DNA from: Chloroflexota bacterium
GTDB lineage: Bacteria > Chloroflexota > Limnocylindria > Limnocylindrales > CSP1-4
DNA: 64,000 nucleotides
NCBI GenBank assembly: GCA_044506615.1
Contig: JBIQKJ010000004.1
Coordinates: 134,383 to 198,382, forward strand
Reading direction: 5' to 3'
The notes under the pieces: generated by a model
Databases searched by the model: none
Told to the model about the DNA's origin: nothing
The model's input: only the letters and a program-made list of their open reading frames with translations
In this document: positions 18,686-28,732 of the stretch, in pieces
Layout: every line of letters begins with the position of its first letter
Position numbering within the stretch: position 1 is the first letter of the stretch
Translations under genes and position numbers: made by a program

Positions 18686-20008
18686 ATGCAGCGGCTCTCG
18701 ACGCCGGCCGATTGGCCGACGATCCTCCTCGCTCGCGCCGACGCCCCCGATCCGACCGATCTCGACGCCGCGGCCCGCGCCGGCGCGTTCGAGGGGCTGC
18801 GCATCGCCGTGCGCGACCTCGGGCCGACCGGCGTGATCGCGACCGTCGGGGCGTCCGGGCTCCGCGGGCGCGGCGGTGCCGGGTTCCCGGCCGCCGACAA
18901 GTGGCGTGCCGCGACCGCGGTCGAGGCGCCGCGCCGCTACGTCGTCGCCAACGGCTACGAGGCCGATCCCGCCGCATTCACCGACCGCACCCTGCTCGCC
19001 CGCGACCCGTTCGCTGTCGTGGAGGGGACGCTCATCGCCGCCTACGCCGTCGGTGCGGCCGAGGCATTCATCGCGGTTCGTGCCGGCGAGACCGAGATCG
19101 TGCGCGGCCTCGAGGCCGCGATCGCGGCGGCGGAGGAGGCCGGCTTCGCCGGACCCGACGTCCTCGGCTCCGGCCACGACATCGATGTCCACGTCCGCCC
19201 GGTGCAGGGCGCCTACATGCTCGGCGAGGAGACCGTCCTGCTCAAGGCGCTCGAGGGCCGACGCGGCCAGCCCGAGCAGCGCCCGCCGTACCCGGCCACG
19301 CGCGGCCTCTTCGACATGCCGACGGTCGTCCAGAACGTCCAGACCCTCGCGCTCGTCCCGTGGATCGTGCGCCACGGCGCACCCGCGTTCGCCGGGATCG
19401 GCGCACCCGGGAGCCCGGGCACGGCCCTCGTCCAGGTCCGGACCGGGGCCGGCGAGGGCATCGCGGAGGTTCCGCTCGGGACGCCGCTGCGCGACCTGCT
19501 CGGGCTCGCCGGGCCGCTCCCCACGAGCCCCGCGCTCAAGGCGATGCTGATCGGCGGCCCGTCGGGCGGCCTGCTCCCGGCGGACCTGCTCGACACGCCG
19601 TACGACTTCCGCGCGCTGCGCGACGCCGGGGCCCATGTCGGCTCGGGATCGATCGTGGTCGCCGACGAGCGCGCCTGCGTTGTCGACCTGGCCCGGCTGC
19701 TGACCCGCTTCTGCTCGAACGAAGCCTGTGGCAAGAGCATCCCGTGCCGCATCGGCACCCGCCGCCTGGTCGAGATCGCCGACCGGATGGCCGAGGGGAC
19801 GCCCCGCCGGAACGACCTGACGACCCTGGCCGACCTGTCCGCCGACATCGTCGGCTCGGGCCTGTGCGACCACGAGCGCCTGACGACGCTCCCGCTCGAG
19901 AGCGGGATGCGATACTTCAGGTCCGAGCTCGACGATCACCTCCTCCGCAGCTCCTGTCCTGCCGGCGTCTGTCACCCGATCGCGGTGACGGCCGGTGCGG
20001 CCCACTAG
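18686..20008 (+). CDS. nuoF: NADH-quinone oxidoreductase subunit F-like (FMN/NADH-binding)
   Basis: 440 aa. GLRGRGGAGFPAADKW, ANGYEADP, GAYMLGEETVLLKALEG, and an N3-region EACGKSIPCRIG...GLCDHE in which the second Cys of the canonical CxxCxxC is Ser. Confidence 0.85.
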   Translation: MQRLSTPADWPTILLARADAPDPTDLDAAARAGAFEGLRIAVRDLGPTGVIATVGASGLRGRGGAGFPAADKWRAATAVEAPRRYVVANGYEADPAAFTDRTLLARDPFAVVEGTLIAAYAVGAAEAFIAVRAGETEIVRGLEAAIAAAEEAGFAGPDVLGSGHDIDVHVRPVQGAYMLGEETVLLKALEGRRGQPEQRPPYPATRGLFDMPTVVQNVQTLALVPWIVRHGAPAFAGIGAPGSPGTALVQVRTGAGEGIAEVPLGTPLRDLLGLAGPLPTSPALKAMLIGGPSGGLLPADLLDTPYDFRALRDAGAHVGSGSIVVADERACVVDLARLLTRFCSNEACGKSIPCRIGTRRLVEIADRMAEGTPRRNDLTTLADLSADIVGSGLCDHERLTTLPLESGMRYFRSELDDHLLRSSCPAGVCHPIAVTAGAAH

Positions 20009-20016
20009 CGAGACCC

Positions 20017-22662
20017 ATGGCCGACCTGATCACGCGCCCCGAGACCACAGCACCAGAGCGAACCCCCGCCGCCACGCCGGAGGCACTGGCCGAGCGCCTG
20101 CTCGAGACGCAGTCGCCGCAGCGACCGCAATCGACGCCGCGGATCCGGATCGAGGTCGACGGCCGGGTCATCGAGGGCTCCGAGGGCCAGACGATCCTCG
20201 AGGTCTGCCGCGACAACGGGATCGAGATCCCGACCCTGTGCTACGAGCCGAAGCTCGAGGGCTTCGGGGCGTGCCGGATGTGCGTCGTCGACGTCGAGGG
20301 CGAGGAGCACCCGCCGATCAGCTGCTCGCGCACCGCCGAGGGCGGCATGAAGGTCCAGACCCAGACCGAGGAGATCCGTCGGATGCGGCGGACGAACCTC
20401 GAGCTGATCTTCAGCGACCACAACGCCTACTGCCTGCCGCCCTGCCAGAACAAGTGCCCGAGCCACATCGACATCCCGGGCTTCCTCAAGGCGAACGCCG
20501 AGGCGGACTGGCGCGAGGGCGCCCGGATCTTCAAGCGGACGATCCCCTTCCCGTCGATCCTCGGCCGCGTCTGCCCGGCACCGTGCGAGGAGCACTGCCG
20601 CCGCGACGAGGTCGACGAGGCGATCGCGATCCGGGACAGCCACCGCTACCACGGCGACCAGGTCCTGCGCCAGATGCTCGACGAGGGCATCGATCCGCCG
20701 ATCCCGTTCGAGCGCAAGCCCGCGACCGGCCGCAAGGCGGCGGTCATCGGGTCCGGCCCGGCCGGAATGAGCGCCGCCTACTACCTGCTGCTCAACGGCC
20801 ACGACGTGACGGTCTTCGAGCGCGACCCGGCGCCCGGCGGCATGCTCCGCTACGGCATCCCGCAGTACCGGCTGCCGAAGGTCGAGGTGCTCGAGGCGGA
20901 GTACGAGTCGGTCACCCGGCTCGGCGGCAAGATCGTCTGCAACGCCGAGCTCGGCAAGGACTACACGCTCGACGACCTGACGAACCAGGGCTTCGGCGCG
21001 GTGGTCGTCGCGATCGGCTGCTACGACACGAACAAGCTCGGGATCCCGGGCGAGGACGCGGCCGAGGTGCTCGACGGCCTGGAGTACCTGCGGACCGCCA
21101 CGCTCGGCCTTCCCTACCCGGATCACGTCGGCAAGCGGGTGGTCGTCATCGGCGGCGGGTTCACGTCGATGGACTGCGTCCGCACGTCGGTCCGCCAGGG
21201 CGCGACCGAGGTCACGCTCGTCTACCGGCGTGACATGAAGGACATGCCCGCCGCCAACGAGGTCCACGAGGCCATCGAGGAGGGCGTGACCGCCATCTTC
21301 CAGGCCGGGCCTGTCCGGGTCATCACCGACGACGCCGGCACGGTGACCGGGGTCGAGTTCATCCGCATGCGCCTCGGCGAGCCGGACGCCTCCGGCCGTC
21401 GCCGCCCGGAGCCCGCTCCCGGGACCGAGTTCACGATCCCGTGCGACCGCGTGCTCCTCGCGATCGGGCAGGGCCCCGACCTGTCGTGGGTGGGACCCGG
21501 CTCGGAGGGCGTCACTGCGACCCGCAACCGCCGCCTCCAGGCCGACGCGGTCACGTTCGAGACCGGCCGCCCCGGTGTCTTCGGGACCGGCGACGTGCGG
21601 GTCGGAGCGGCGACGGTCGTCCAGGCGATCGCCGAGGGCCGCCGTGCGGCGTACGCGGTCGACGCCTACCTGCGCGGACAGGACCTCGCCGCGATCCGGA
21701 CGCGCCAGACGCTGGCCGAGCCGCAGCCCGAGTTCCTCTCGATCGTCCCGTTCACGAGCGAGGTCAAGGAGCCGCGCTACCGGCTCACCTCGATGGACGC
21801 CGACGTCCGGAACAAGAGCTACGTCGAGTACGAGCTGCCGTACACGCGCGAGGAGGCGGTCGCCGAGTCGACCCGCTGCCTCCAGTGCACGTGCGAGGCG
21901 ATCGGGTTCTGCGATCTCCGACGGCTCGGCATCGAGTACGGGACGACGCTCCAGACGCTCGAGCCGCAGTACCACGACGGCGCCGGCTATCGGAGCGTGA
22001 CCGAGAACCGGTTCACCGGCGTCAACCACGACTACATCCGCGACGACAGCCACGCGTTCATCCTGCGCGAGCCGTCGCGCTGCATCGACTGCGGCCGCTG
22101 CGCGAACGTCTGCGCCGAGGTCGTCGGCGCCGCCTGCTACGACTTCATGCGGATCGGCTTCGACACGCTCGTGACGACCCCGCTCGACATGAGCCTCAAC
22201 GACACGCCGTGCGTGTCCTGCGGCCGGTGCGCGGAGACCTGTCCGACCGGCGCGCTCATGCCGAAGCCGCGCGTGCTCCAGAAGTACGAGGTCGACGAGA
22301 GCCGCTGCATCCTGTGCGGGATCTGCGTCGATGCGTGCCCCTACGACGCGCTCCGCGACGGCGCCGACATCGAGCTCGCGAGCACCAGCCGCGAGCAGCC
22401 GATGATCGACCTCATCGCGCTCTCGGCGATCAACCGCGAGACCGAGGTCACGTACATCCGCCGTGAGGCCGACTGGGCGACGCGCGCCGCCGCCGAGGGC
22501 CGGCTCATCGACGCGGGCCGGATGCTGCCGGTCCTGCCGGCGGGCGTGACCGGCGTCGCGACCGGCAACGGGCACGGCGGCAACGGGCACGGCGGCAACG
22601 GGCACGGCGGCAACGGGCACGGCCACGCCGGGGGTGGCTCGGCCCACGCCCACCAGAAGTAG
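20017..22662 (+). CDS. chimeric subunit: NuoG-type [2Fe-2S]/His-Cys3 N-terminus, GltD-like FAD/NAD(P)H oxidoreductase, NuoG-type 4Fe-4S motifs, C-terminal half of NuoI, and a (GNGHG)4 His-rich tail
   Basis: 881 aa. Motifs in order: [17 protein letters not shown]...ISC; [15 protein letters not shown]; [13 protein letters not shown]; [48 protein letters not shown] and [13 protein letters not shown] (two Rossmann sites, GltD-like); [11 protein letters not shown] and [16 protein letters not shown]; [24 protein letters not shown]...DIELAS (NuoI second motif). No molybdopterin-like C-terminal NuoG domain. Confidence 0.75.
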   Translation: MADLITRPETTAPERTPAATPEALAERLLETQSPQRPQSTPRIRIEVDGRVIEGSEGQTILEVCRDNGIEIPTLCYEPKLEGFGACRMCVVDVEGEEHPPISCSRTAEGGMKVQTQTEEIRRMRRTNLELIFSDHNAYCLPPCQNKCPSHIDIPGFLKANAEADWREGARIFKRTIPFPSILGRVCPAPCEEHCRRDEVDEAIAIRDSHRYHGDQVLRQMLDEGIDPPIPFERKPATGRKAAVIGSGPAGMSAAYYLLLNGHDVTVFERDPAPGGMLRYGIPQYRLPKVEVLEAEYESVTRLGGKIVCNAELGKDYTLDDLTNQGFGAVVVAIGCYDTNKLGIPGEDAAEVLDGLEYLRTATLGLPYPDHVGKRVVVIGGGFTSMDCVRTSVRQGATEVTLVYRRDMKDMPAANEVHEAIEEGVTAIFQAGPVRVITDDAGTVTGVEFIRMRLGEPDASGRRRPEPAPGTEFTIPCDRVLLAIGQGPDLSWVGPGSEGVTATRNRRLQADAVTFETGRPGVFGTGDVRVGAATVVQAIAEGRRAAYAVDAYLRGQDLAAIRTRQTLAEPQPEFLSIVPFTSEVKEPRYRLTSMDADVRNKSYVEYELPYTREEAVAESTRCLQCTCEAIGFCDLRRLGIEYGTTLQTLEPQYHDGAGYRSVTENRFTGVNHDYIRDDSHAFILREPSRCIDCGRCANVCAEVVGAACYDFMRIGFDTLVTTPLDMSLNDTPCVSCGRCAETCPTGALMPKPRVLQKYEVDESRCILCGICVDACPYDALRDGADIELASTSREQPMIDLIALSAINRETEVTYIRREADWATRAAAEGRLIDAGRMLPVLPAGVTGVATGNGHGGNGHGGNGHGGNGHGHAGGGSAHAHQK
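22564..22623 (+). repeat. perfect 15-bp tandem repeat x4 (GGCAACGGGCACGGC) encoding (GNGHG)4 at the C-terminus of the NuoG/GltD chimera
   Basis: Four identical head-to-tail copies read directly from the sequence, in frame, followed by [12 protein letters not shown]-stop. Confidence 0.95.
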
Positions 22663-22673
22663 CGGCGCTCGAC

Positions 22674-23264
22674 GTGCGGACGCTGATCCCGATCCTCATC
22701 GCCCTCGCGATCCTCGGCGCCGTCACCGGCGTCGCGGTGCTGATGCTGGTCCTGCTCGGGCAGGACTGGCCCGACGTCCTGCTGTGGCTGTTCGCCGCGG
22801 TGATGCTCGGGTCGGCGCTGCTGGTCGTGACGATGCGCGACATCATCCGCTGCGGCCTGGCGATGATCGTGTCGTTCGGCGCGCTCGCCGGGATCTACGC
22901 GCTGCTCGGCGCGCCGCTCCTCGCGGCCACCCAGGTCATCGTCTACATCGGCGCGATCAGCGTGCTGATCCTGTTCGCGATCATGCTCACGCAGACGAAG
23001 GATGCGCCCCGCGTGCTCGTGTTCCAGACCCAGGTCGCGGGCGCGGCCGTGGCGTCGATCCTCGTGGCGGTCATCATCGCGCTCGCCGTGACCGCCACCG
23101 ACTGGCCCACCGCGGCCATCGGGGAGTGGCTCGAGACGTCGGTGCTGTCGAGCGTGCTCTTCAACGAGAACCTGCTGCCGTTCGAGGTCGTCGGCGTGCT
23201 GCTGCTCGCGGCCGTGGTCGGCGGCGTCTTCATTGCGAAGCGCGAGCCGGGAGGGCCGGCGTGA
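22674..23264 (+). CDS. nuoJ: NADH-quinone oxidoreductase subunit J
   Basis: 196 aa, 5 TM segments. [22 protein letters not shown] and the position between the G-like gene and nuoK. Confidence 0.85.
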   Translation: MRTLIPILIALAILGAVTGVAVLMLVLLGQDWPDVLLWLFAAVMLGSALLVVTMRDIIRCGLAMIVSFGALAGIYALLGAPLLAATQVIVYIGAISVLILFAIMLTQTKDAPRVLVFQTQVAGAAVASILVAVIIALAVTATDWPTAAIGEWLETSVLSSVLFNENLLPFEVVGVLLLAAVVGGVFIAKREPGGPA

Positions 23265-23587
23265 GCCAGTCGCTCGACACGTACCTCGTGCTGTCCGGCG
23301 TGCTGTTCGCGATCGGCACGTTCGGCTTCCTCGCCCGCCGGAACGCGATCAGCATGCTCATGTCGATCGAGCTCATGCTCAACGCGGTCAACCTCGCGAT
23401 CGTTGCGTTCGCGGCGTTCGGGGCGTTCGGCGGCAGCGACGCTGACATCGCCCGTGGTTCGGTGATCGCGCTGATGGTCATCGCGGTCGCCGCGGCGGAG
23501 GCGACCGTCGGGCTCGCGATCGTCATCGCCATCTACCGCAACCGCCGGACGCCGCTGGTCGACGAATACGACGCGATGAGCCAATGA
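23261..23587 (+). CDS. nuoK: NADH-quinone oxidoreductase subunit K
   Basis: 108 aa with a GTGA overlap. [35 protein letters not shown]...[12 protein letters not shown]. Confidence 0.9.
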   Translation: MSQSLDTYLVLSGVLFAIGTFGFLARRNAISMLMSIELMLNAVNLAIVAFAAFGAFGGSDADIARGSVIALMVIAVAAAEATVGLAIVIAIYRNRRTPLVDEYDAMSQ

Positions 23588-25596
23588 CCGACCTGCCCTG
23601 GGGGACCTTGATCCCGCTCATCCTCGGGCTGCCGATCGCGGGCTTCGCGATCACCGCAGCGATCGGGCGTCGGCTGGGCAAGGCCGCGCACTGGATCCCC
23701 GTCCTCGCGGTCGTCGGCGCGTGGGTCATCTCGATGCTCGCGGCCTACGCGGTGCTGACCGGCGCGGCGCCGGTGCTCGAGGGGACCGACGAGGCGCACG
23801 GCTTCGCGGTCCACCTGTTCGAGTGGATCCCGGCCGGCACGTTCTCGGTCGACGTCGGCTTCCTCGTGGACTCCTTGACCGCCTGCCTGCTGATCGTCGT
23901 CACGACGATCGGCCTGCTGGTCCACATCTACTCGATCGGGTACATGGGCCACGACCCGGGGTACTGGCGCTTCTTCGCCTACCTCAACCTGTTCATGTTC
24001 TCGATGCTGCTGCTGGTCCTCGCGGACAGCTGGCTCGTGGTGTTCGTGGCCTGGGAGCTCGTCGGCCTCTCGAGCTACCTGCTCATCGGCTTCTGGTACC
24101 GCAAGAACTCGGCCGCCCTGGCGAGCAAGAAGGCCTTCCTCGTCAACCGCGTCGGTGACGTCGGGTTCGCGCTGGGGATCATGGCGATCTTCGCGAACAC
24201 GCTCGCCATGGGCGACCCGACCCTCGACATCCGCCACTCGATCGAGCTGCTGACCGCAGAGGGCGCCGAGCTGCTCGTGCCGCTCCCGATCGTCGCGCTG
24301 CTGCTGTTCGCCGGCGCGATGGGCAAGAGCGCGCAGTTCCCGCTCCACGTGTGGCTGCCCGACGCCATGGAGGGCCCGACCCCGGTGTCGGCGCTCATCC
24401 ACGCCGCGACGATGGTCAACGCCGGCGTCTACCTCGTCGCCCGTGCCAACTACCTGTTCGCCCATTCGGCCGAGGCGATGGTGATCGTGGCCTCGATCGG
24501 CATCTTCACCGCGATCCTCGCGGCGTCGATCGCGTTCACCCAGACCGACATCAAGCGCGTGCTCGCCTACTCGACGCTGAGCCAGCTCGGCTACATGTTC
24601 GCGGCGCTCGGTGTCGGCGCCTTCACCGCGGCGATCTTCCACCTCATGACCCACGGCTTCTTCAAGGGGCTGCTGTTCCTCGGCTCGGGCTCGGTGATCC
24701 ATGCCGTCCACGAGGAGCAGGACATGCGCCGGATGGGTGGGCTCCGCCGGAAGATCCCGATCACCTACTGGACGATGCTGATCGGCTCGGTGGCGATCGC
24801 CGGCATCCCGCCGCTCGCGGGGTTCTTCTCGAAGGACGAGATCCTCGGCGAGGCCTTCAAGCTCGGGTTCCAATGGGTCTGGGCGATCGGGATCATCGTC
24901 GCGATCATGACCGCGTTCTACATGTTCCGGCTCGTCGGCCTGACGTTCTGGGGCGACTTCCGCGGCCCGCGCGAGGTGTGGGACCGGATCCACGAGTCGC
25001 CCGCCGTGATGACCGTGCCGCTGATCCTGCTCGCGATCCCGTCGGCATTCATCGGGCTCGCGCTCGGGCTGCCGCTCGGCGACAGCGTCATCCACCACTG
25101 GCTGGCACCGATCTTCGACGAGGGTGTGCACCACATCGAGGAGCTGCGCGGGGTCGAGGTCCCCGTCTACAACCTGCTCGGGATCGACGGCTTCCTGATC
25201 GGCGCCAGCGTGGCCGTTGCCGTCGCGGGCATCCTGGCGGCGTGGCGCTTCTTCGGCGTCGAGCTCGACGGGCTTCGCCGGCGCGGCAACCCGGAGGCGG
25301 TTCGCGCCTGGACCGCGCGCCTGCCGTTCCTCTATCGCGGATCCCTCAACAAGTGGTGGTTCGATGACCTCAACCACCTGCTGTTCATCGTGATCGGCGG
25401 CCGCGTGGCGGCCTTCCTGTGGTGGTTCGACCGGGTCGTCGTCGACGGCACCGTGAACGGGGTCGGCAACCTCACGGTGGGTGCCGGCCGCGGGCTCCGT
25501 CACGTCCAGACCGGGCGCGTCCAGAACTACGCGCTCGGCATCGCGTTCGGGCTGATCGTCATGGCCGGCTCGTACCTCATCCTGGCAGGCCGATGA
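23584..25596 (+). CDS. nuoL: NADH-quinone oxidoreductase subunit L
   Basis: 670 aa antiporter-like subunit. [47 protein letters not shown], and a C-terminal lateral-helix region. Confidence 0.9.
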   Translation: MTDLPWGTLIPLILGLPIAGFAITAAIGRRLGKAAHWIPVLAVVGAWVISMLAAYAVLTGAAPVLEGTDEAHGFAVHLFEWIPAGTFSVDVGFLVDSLTACLLIVVTTIGLLVHIYSIGYMGHDPGYWRFFAYLNLFMFSMLLLVLADSWLVVFVAWELVGLSSYLLIGFWYRKNSAALASKKAFLVNRVGDVGFALGIMAIFANTLAMGDPTLDIRHSIELLTAEGAELLVPLPIVALLLFAGAMGKSAQFPLHVWLPDAMEGPTPVSALIHAATMVNAGVYLVARANYLFAHSAEAMVIVASIGIFTAILAASIAFTQTDIKRVLAYSTLSQLGYMFAALGVGAFTAAIFHLMTHGFFKGLLFLGSGSVIHAVHEEQDMRRMGGLRRKIPITYWTMLIGSVAIAGIPPLAGFFSKDEILGEAFKLGFQWVWAIGIIVAIMTAFYMFRLVGLTFWGDFRGPREVWDRIHESPAVMTVPLILLAIPSAFIGLALGLPLGDSVIHHWLAPIFDEGVHHIEELRGVEVPVYNLLGIDGFLIGASVAVAVAGILAAWRFFGVELDGLRRRGNPEAVRAWTARLPFLYRGSLNKWWFDDLNHLLFIVIGGRVAAFLWWFDRVVVDGTVNGVGNLTVGAGRGLRHVQTGRVQNYALGIAFGLIVMAGSYLILAGR

Positions 25597-27248
25597 CCAT
25601 CGACGTCGCCTCGATCCCGATCCTCTCGATCGTCACGTTCCTGCCGCTGGTCGGGGCAGTCGTGCTGGCGCTCCTGCCGGCGAGCGCGGCGCGGCCGGTG
25701 GCGCTCGTCACGGCGCTCTTGACGTGGGCCGTCTCGCTGATCCTGCTCGTCGGCTACGCCCCGACCTCGCCGGGCTTCCAGTTCGAGGAGGAGATCGGCT
25801 GGATCCCGCTGTTCGGGATCGAGTACAAGCTCGGGATGGACGGCCTGTCGGCCGCGCTCGTCGTGCTGACGACGACGCTGACGTGGATCTCGATCCTCGC
25901 CAGCTGGCACCCGATCCAGCACCGGATCAAGGAGTACATGGTCTCGTTCCTCGTGCTCGAGGTCGGGATGATCGGCGTGTTCCTCGCGGCCGACCTGTTC
26001 CTGTTCTACATCTTCTGGGAGGTCGTCCTCGTCCCGATGTACCTGATCATCGGGATCTGGGGCGGCGCCAACCGGATCTACGCGACGATCAAGTTCGTCC
26101 TCTACACGCTCGTCGGGTCGCTGCTGATGCTCGTCGCGATCCTCGCGACCGCGTTCACCTACCAGTCGACGACCGGGTCGTGGGAGAACGCCTTCGACTT
26201 CGAGACGCTGCGCGCGTTCGCGCTGACCGGCGGCGGCTTCCCGCCGGAGCTCCAGATCGGCGCCTTCCTCGCGTTCTTCCTCGCGTTCGCGATCAAGGTC
26301 CCGATGTTCCCGTTCCACACCTGGCTGCCCGACGCGCACACCGAGGCGCCGACGGCCGGCTCGGTGATCCTGGCGGGGGTGATGCTCAAGCTCGGCGGGT
26401 ACGGCCTGCTGCGCTTCGCGCTCCCGCTCTACCCGGACGCGGCGCACACGTTCGCGCCGGTGATCATCGTGCTGTCGCTGATCGGGATCATCTACGGGGC
26501 GATCGTGGCGCTCGTCCAGCCCGACCTGAAGAAGCTCGTCGCGTACTCGTCGGTCAGCCACATGGCGTTCGTGACGCTCGGGATCTTCGTGTTCACGGAG
26601 CAGGGCATCCAGGGCGCGGTGCTCCAGATGATCAACCACGGCCTGATCACCGGCGGCCTGTTCCTCATGGTCGGCGTGATCTACGAGCGGACCCACGACC
26701 GAACGATCGCGAAGATGGGCGGGCTCGCGGCGCGCGTCCCCGTCTGGGTGGCGGTCTTCGGGTTCTTCTGCTTCGCCTCGGCCGGGCTGCCGGGCCTGTC
26801 CGGCTTCGTCGGCGAGTTCCTCACGCTCGTCGGCGCGTTCGTGGCCAACCCGTGGATCGCGGTCGTGGCCGCGTTCGTCATGGTCCTCGCCGCCGCCTAC
26901 CTGCTGTGGATGTTCCAGCGGATCGCGTTCGGCGAGGTCTCGGCCTTCCTCCAGGGTCTCGGCCACCACCTCACCGACATGACGCCGACCGAGATCCTGA
27001 CGCTCGCCCCGCTCGCCGCACTGGTGGTCGCGTTCGGCATCTTCCCGGGCCTCGTCCTCGACCTGTTCCCCGGCGCAGTGGCCGATACGCTCGAAAGCGC
27101 CGAGGCGGGCAGCGCGATCGCCGTGCCGACCGAGCTCGTGCTCGGGCTGATCGGGCTGCTCGTCGCCGGGATCCTTGCCCGCATCGTGTACGTGGCCCTC
27201 CTCGAGCGGTCGCCGTCGCTCGAGCCCGACGCGGGAGCCGCCCGATGA
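25593..27248 (+). CDS. nuoM: NADH-quinone oxidoreductase subunit M
   Basis: 551 aa with an ATGA overlap. FYIFWEVVLVPMYLIIGIWGG, KVPMFPFHTWLPDAHTEAPTAGSVILAGVMLKLGGYG. Confidence 0.9.
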   Translation: MTIDVASIPILSIVTFLPLVGAVVLALLPASAARPVALVTALLTWAVSLILLVGYAPTSPGFQFEEEIGWIPLFGIEYKLGMDGLSAALVVLTTTLTWISILASWHPIQHRIKEYMVSFLVLEVGMIGVFLAADLFLFYIFWEVVLVPMYLIIGIWGGANRIYATIKFVLYTLVGSLLMLVAILATAFTYQSTTGSWENAFDFETLRAFALTGGGFPPELQIGAFLAFFLAFAIKVPMFPFHTWLPDAHTEAPTAGSVILAGVMLKLGGYGLLRFALPLYPDAAHTFAPVIIVLSLIGIIYGAIVALVQPDLKKLVAYSSVSHMAFVTLGIFVFTEQGIQGAVLQMINHGLITGGLFLMVGVIYERTHDRTIAKMGGLAARVPVWVAVFGFFCFASAGLPGLSGFVGEFLTLVGAFVANPWIAVVAAFVMVLAAAYLLWMFQRIAFGEVSAFLQGLGHHLTDMTPTEILTLAPLAALVVAFGIFPGLVLDLFPGAVADTLESAEAGSAIAVPTELVLGLIGLLVAGILARIVYVALLERSPSLEPDAGAAR

Positions 27249-28732
27249 CCGCCGACGACCTCGTCACGACGGCGCCGTTCATCGCGGCGGTGCTGACCGC
27301 GATCGCGGTCCTCGTCGTCGACCTCGCGGTACCGAACCGCACGAAGCTCGCCGTTGCGACGTCGATGGTGGGTCTCGCGATCGCCGCCGCGCTCGTCGTG
27401 CTCATCGGCGTCGACCGGCCCCCGGCGTTCGGAGGCGCCTACGTCGCCGACGCGTTGACCGCGTTCCTCCAGCTCCTGCTGATCGCGATCGTCGCGATGA
27501 GCATCCTGTTCGGGCCCGACTACCTGCGCCCGCGCAACCTGCCGGTCGCCGAGTTCGCGACGGTCCTCATCTTCGCGCTGACCGGCGCGATGCTGATCTC
27601 GGCGTCGGGCGACCTCCTGATCCTGTTCATCGCGCTCGAGCTGATGGTGCTGCCGGGCTACCTGCTCGCGGGCTACCACAAGACCGACGCCTACTCGACC
27701 GAGGGCGCGATCAAGTACTTCCTGCTCGGCTCGTTCAGCTCTGCGATCTTCCTGTTCGGGCTCGCGTTCGTGTGGGGCATGACCGGGACGACGAGCATCG
27801 CCGGCGTCGCCGAGCGCCTCCAGGAGATTGTCGCGGGGACCGCGCTCCTCCAGCCCGGCCTGGCGCTCGGCCTCGCGCTGATGACGACCGGCGTGGCCTT
27901 CAAGATCGCGGCGGTCCCGTTCCACTACTGGACCCCGGACGCCTACCAGGGCTCGCCGACCCCCGTCACGGCGTACCTGTCGACCGGCCCGAAGATCGGC
28001 GGCTTCGCGCTGATCCTGCGCCTGTTCGTCGACGGGCTGTGGCCGCTCGCCGACTGGTGGCTGCCCGTCGTCATCGTCCTCGCCGCGATCACGATGACGC
28101 TCGGCAACCTCGTTGCGCTGACCCAGGACAACGTCAAGCGGATGCTCGCCTACAGCTCGATCGCCCACACCGGGTACATGCTCGTCGGGCTCGCGGCGTT
28201 CGGGGCCGGGCGGCTCAGCGGCCTCGAGGGGCTGCTGTTCTACGGAGCGGCGTACGCGTTCATGAACCTCGGCGCGTTCGCGGTCGTCGCGGCGCTCCAG
28301 AAGCGGGCCGGCGTCACCTCGCAGCTGACCACCTTCGCCGGTCTCGGGCGGCGCGAGCCGGTGCTCGGCGCGATCATGCTGCTGTTCCTGCTGTCGCTGA
28401 CCGGGATCCCGCCGCTGGCCGGCTTCTGGGCCAAGGTCTACATCATCATCGCCGCGGTCGAGGAGGGCGGCTGGCTGACGTTCCTCGCGGTGCTGACCGT
28501 GCTCAACGCCGCCGCGGCCGCCTTCTACTACCTGCGGGTCGCCGTGTACATGTACATGCGGGACCCGGCGAGCGAGGCGCCGGCCCAGCGCCACGGCTGG
28601 CTGCTGTGGGGCGGCCTCGCGGCCGCGACCGCGTTGACGATCCTGTTCGGCGTCCTGCCGAACTCCCTCCTCGACGCGGTGAAGGTCGCCGTCGAGAACC
28701 TGTCGAGCGTCGGCGCCCAGGCGCTCCGCTAG
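27245..28732 (+). CDS. nuoN: NADH-quinone oxidoreductase subunit N
   Basis: 495 aa with an ATGA overlap. ELMVLPGYLLAGY, FKIAAVPFHYWTPDAYQGSPTPVTAYLS. Confidence 0.9.
   Translation: MTADDLVTTAPFIAAVLTAIAVLVVDLAVPNRTKLAVATSMVGLAIAAALVVLIGVDRPPAFGGAYVADALTAFLQLLLIAIVAMSILFGPDYLRPRNLPVAEFATVLIFALTGAMLISASGDLLILFIALELMVLPGYLLAGYHKTDAYSTEGAIKYFLLGSFSSAIFLFGLAFVWGMTGTTSIAGVAERLQEIVAGTALLQPGLALGLALMTTGVAFKIAAVPFHYWTPDAYQGSPTPVTAYLSTGPKIGGFALILRLFVDGLWPLADWWLPVVIVLAAITMTLGNLVALTQDNVKRMLAYSSIAHTGYMLVGLAAFGAGRLSGLEGLLFYGAAYAFMNLGAFAVVAALQKRAGVTSQLTTFAGLGRREPVLGAIMLLFLLSLTGIPPLAGFWAKVYIIIAAVEEGGWLTFLAVLTVLNAAAAAFYYLRVAVYMYMRDPASEAPAQRHGWLLWGGLAAATALTILFGVLPNSLLDAVKVAVENLSSVGAQALR

Noticed and set aside
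18040-20016. N-terminal 659 codons of the 1540-aa ORF 18040..22662
   Set aside because: This part is Arg/Ser/Pro-rich and overlaps the NuoI/E-like and NuoF-like genes in another frame. Recognisable protein sequence begins at ATG 20017, 9 nt after the nuoF stop.
22564-22623. Possible CRISPR-like repeat
   Set aside because: The 15-bp units are directly adjacent with no spacers, lie in frame inside a CDS, and no cas genes are present. This is a coding microsatellite, not a CRISPR array.
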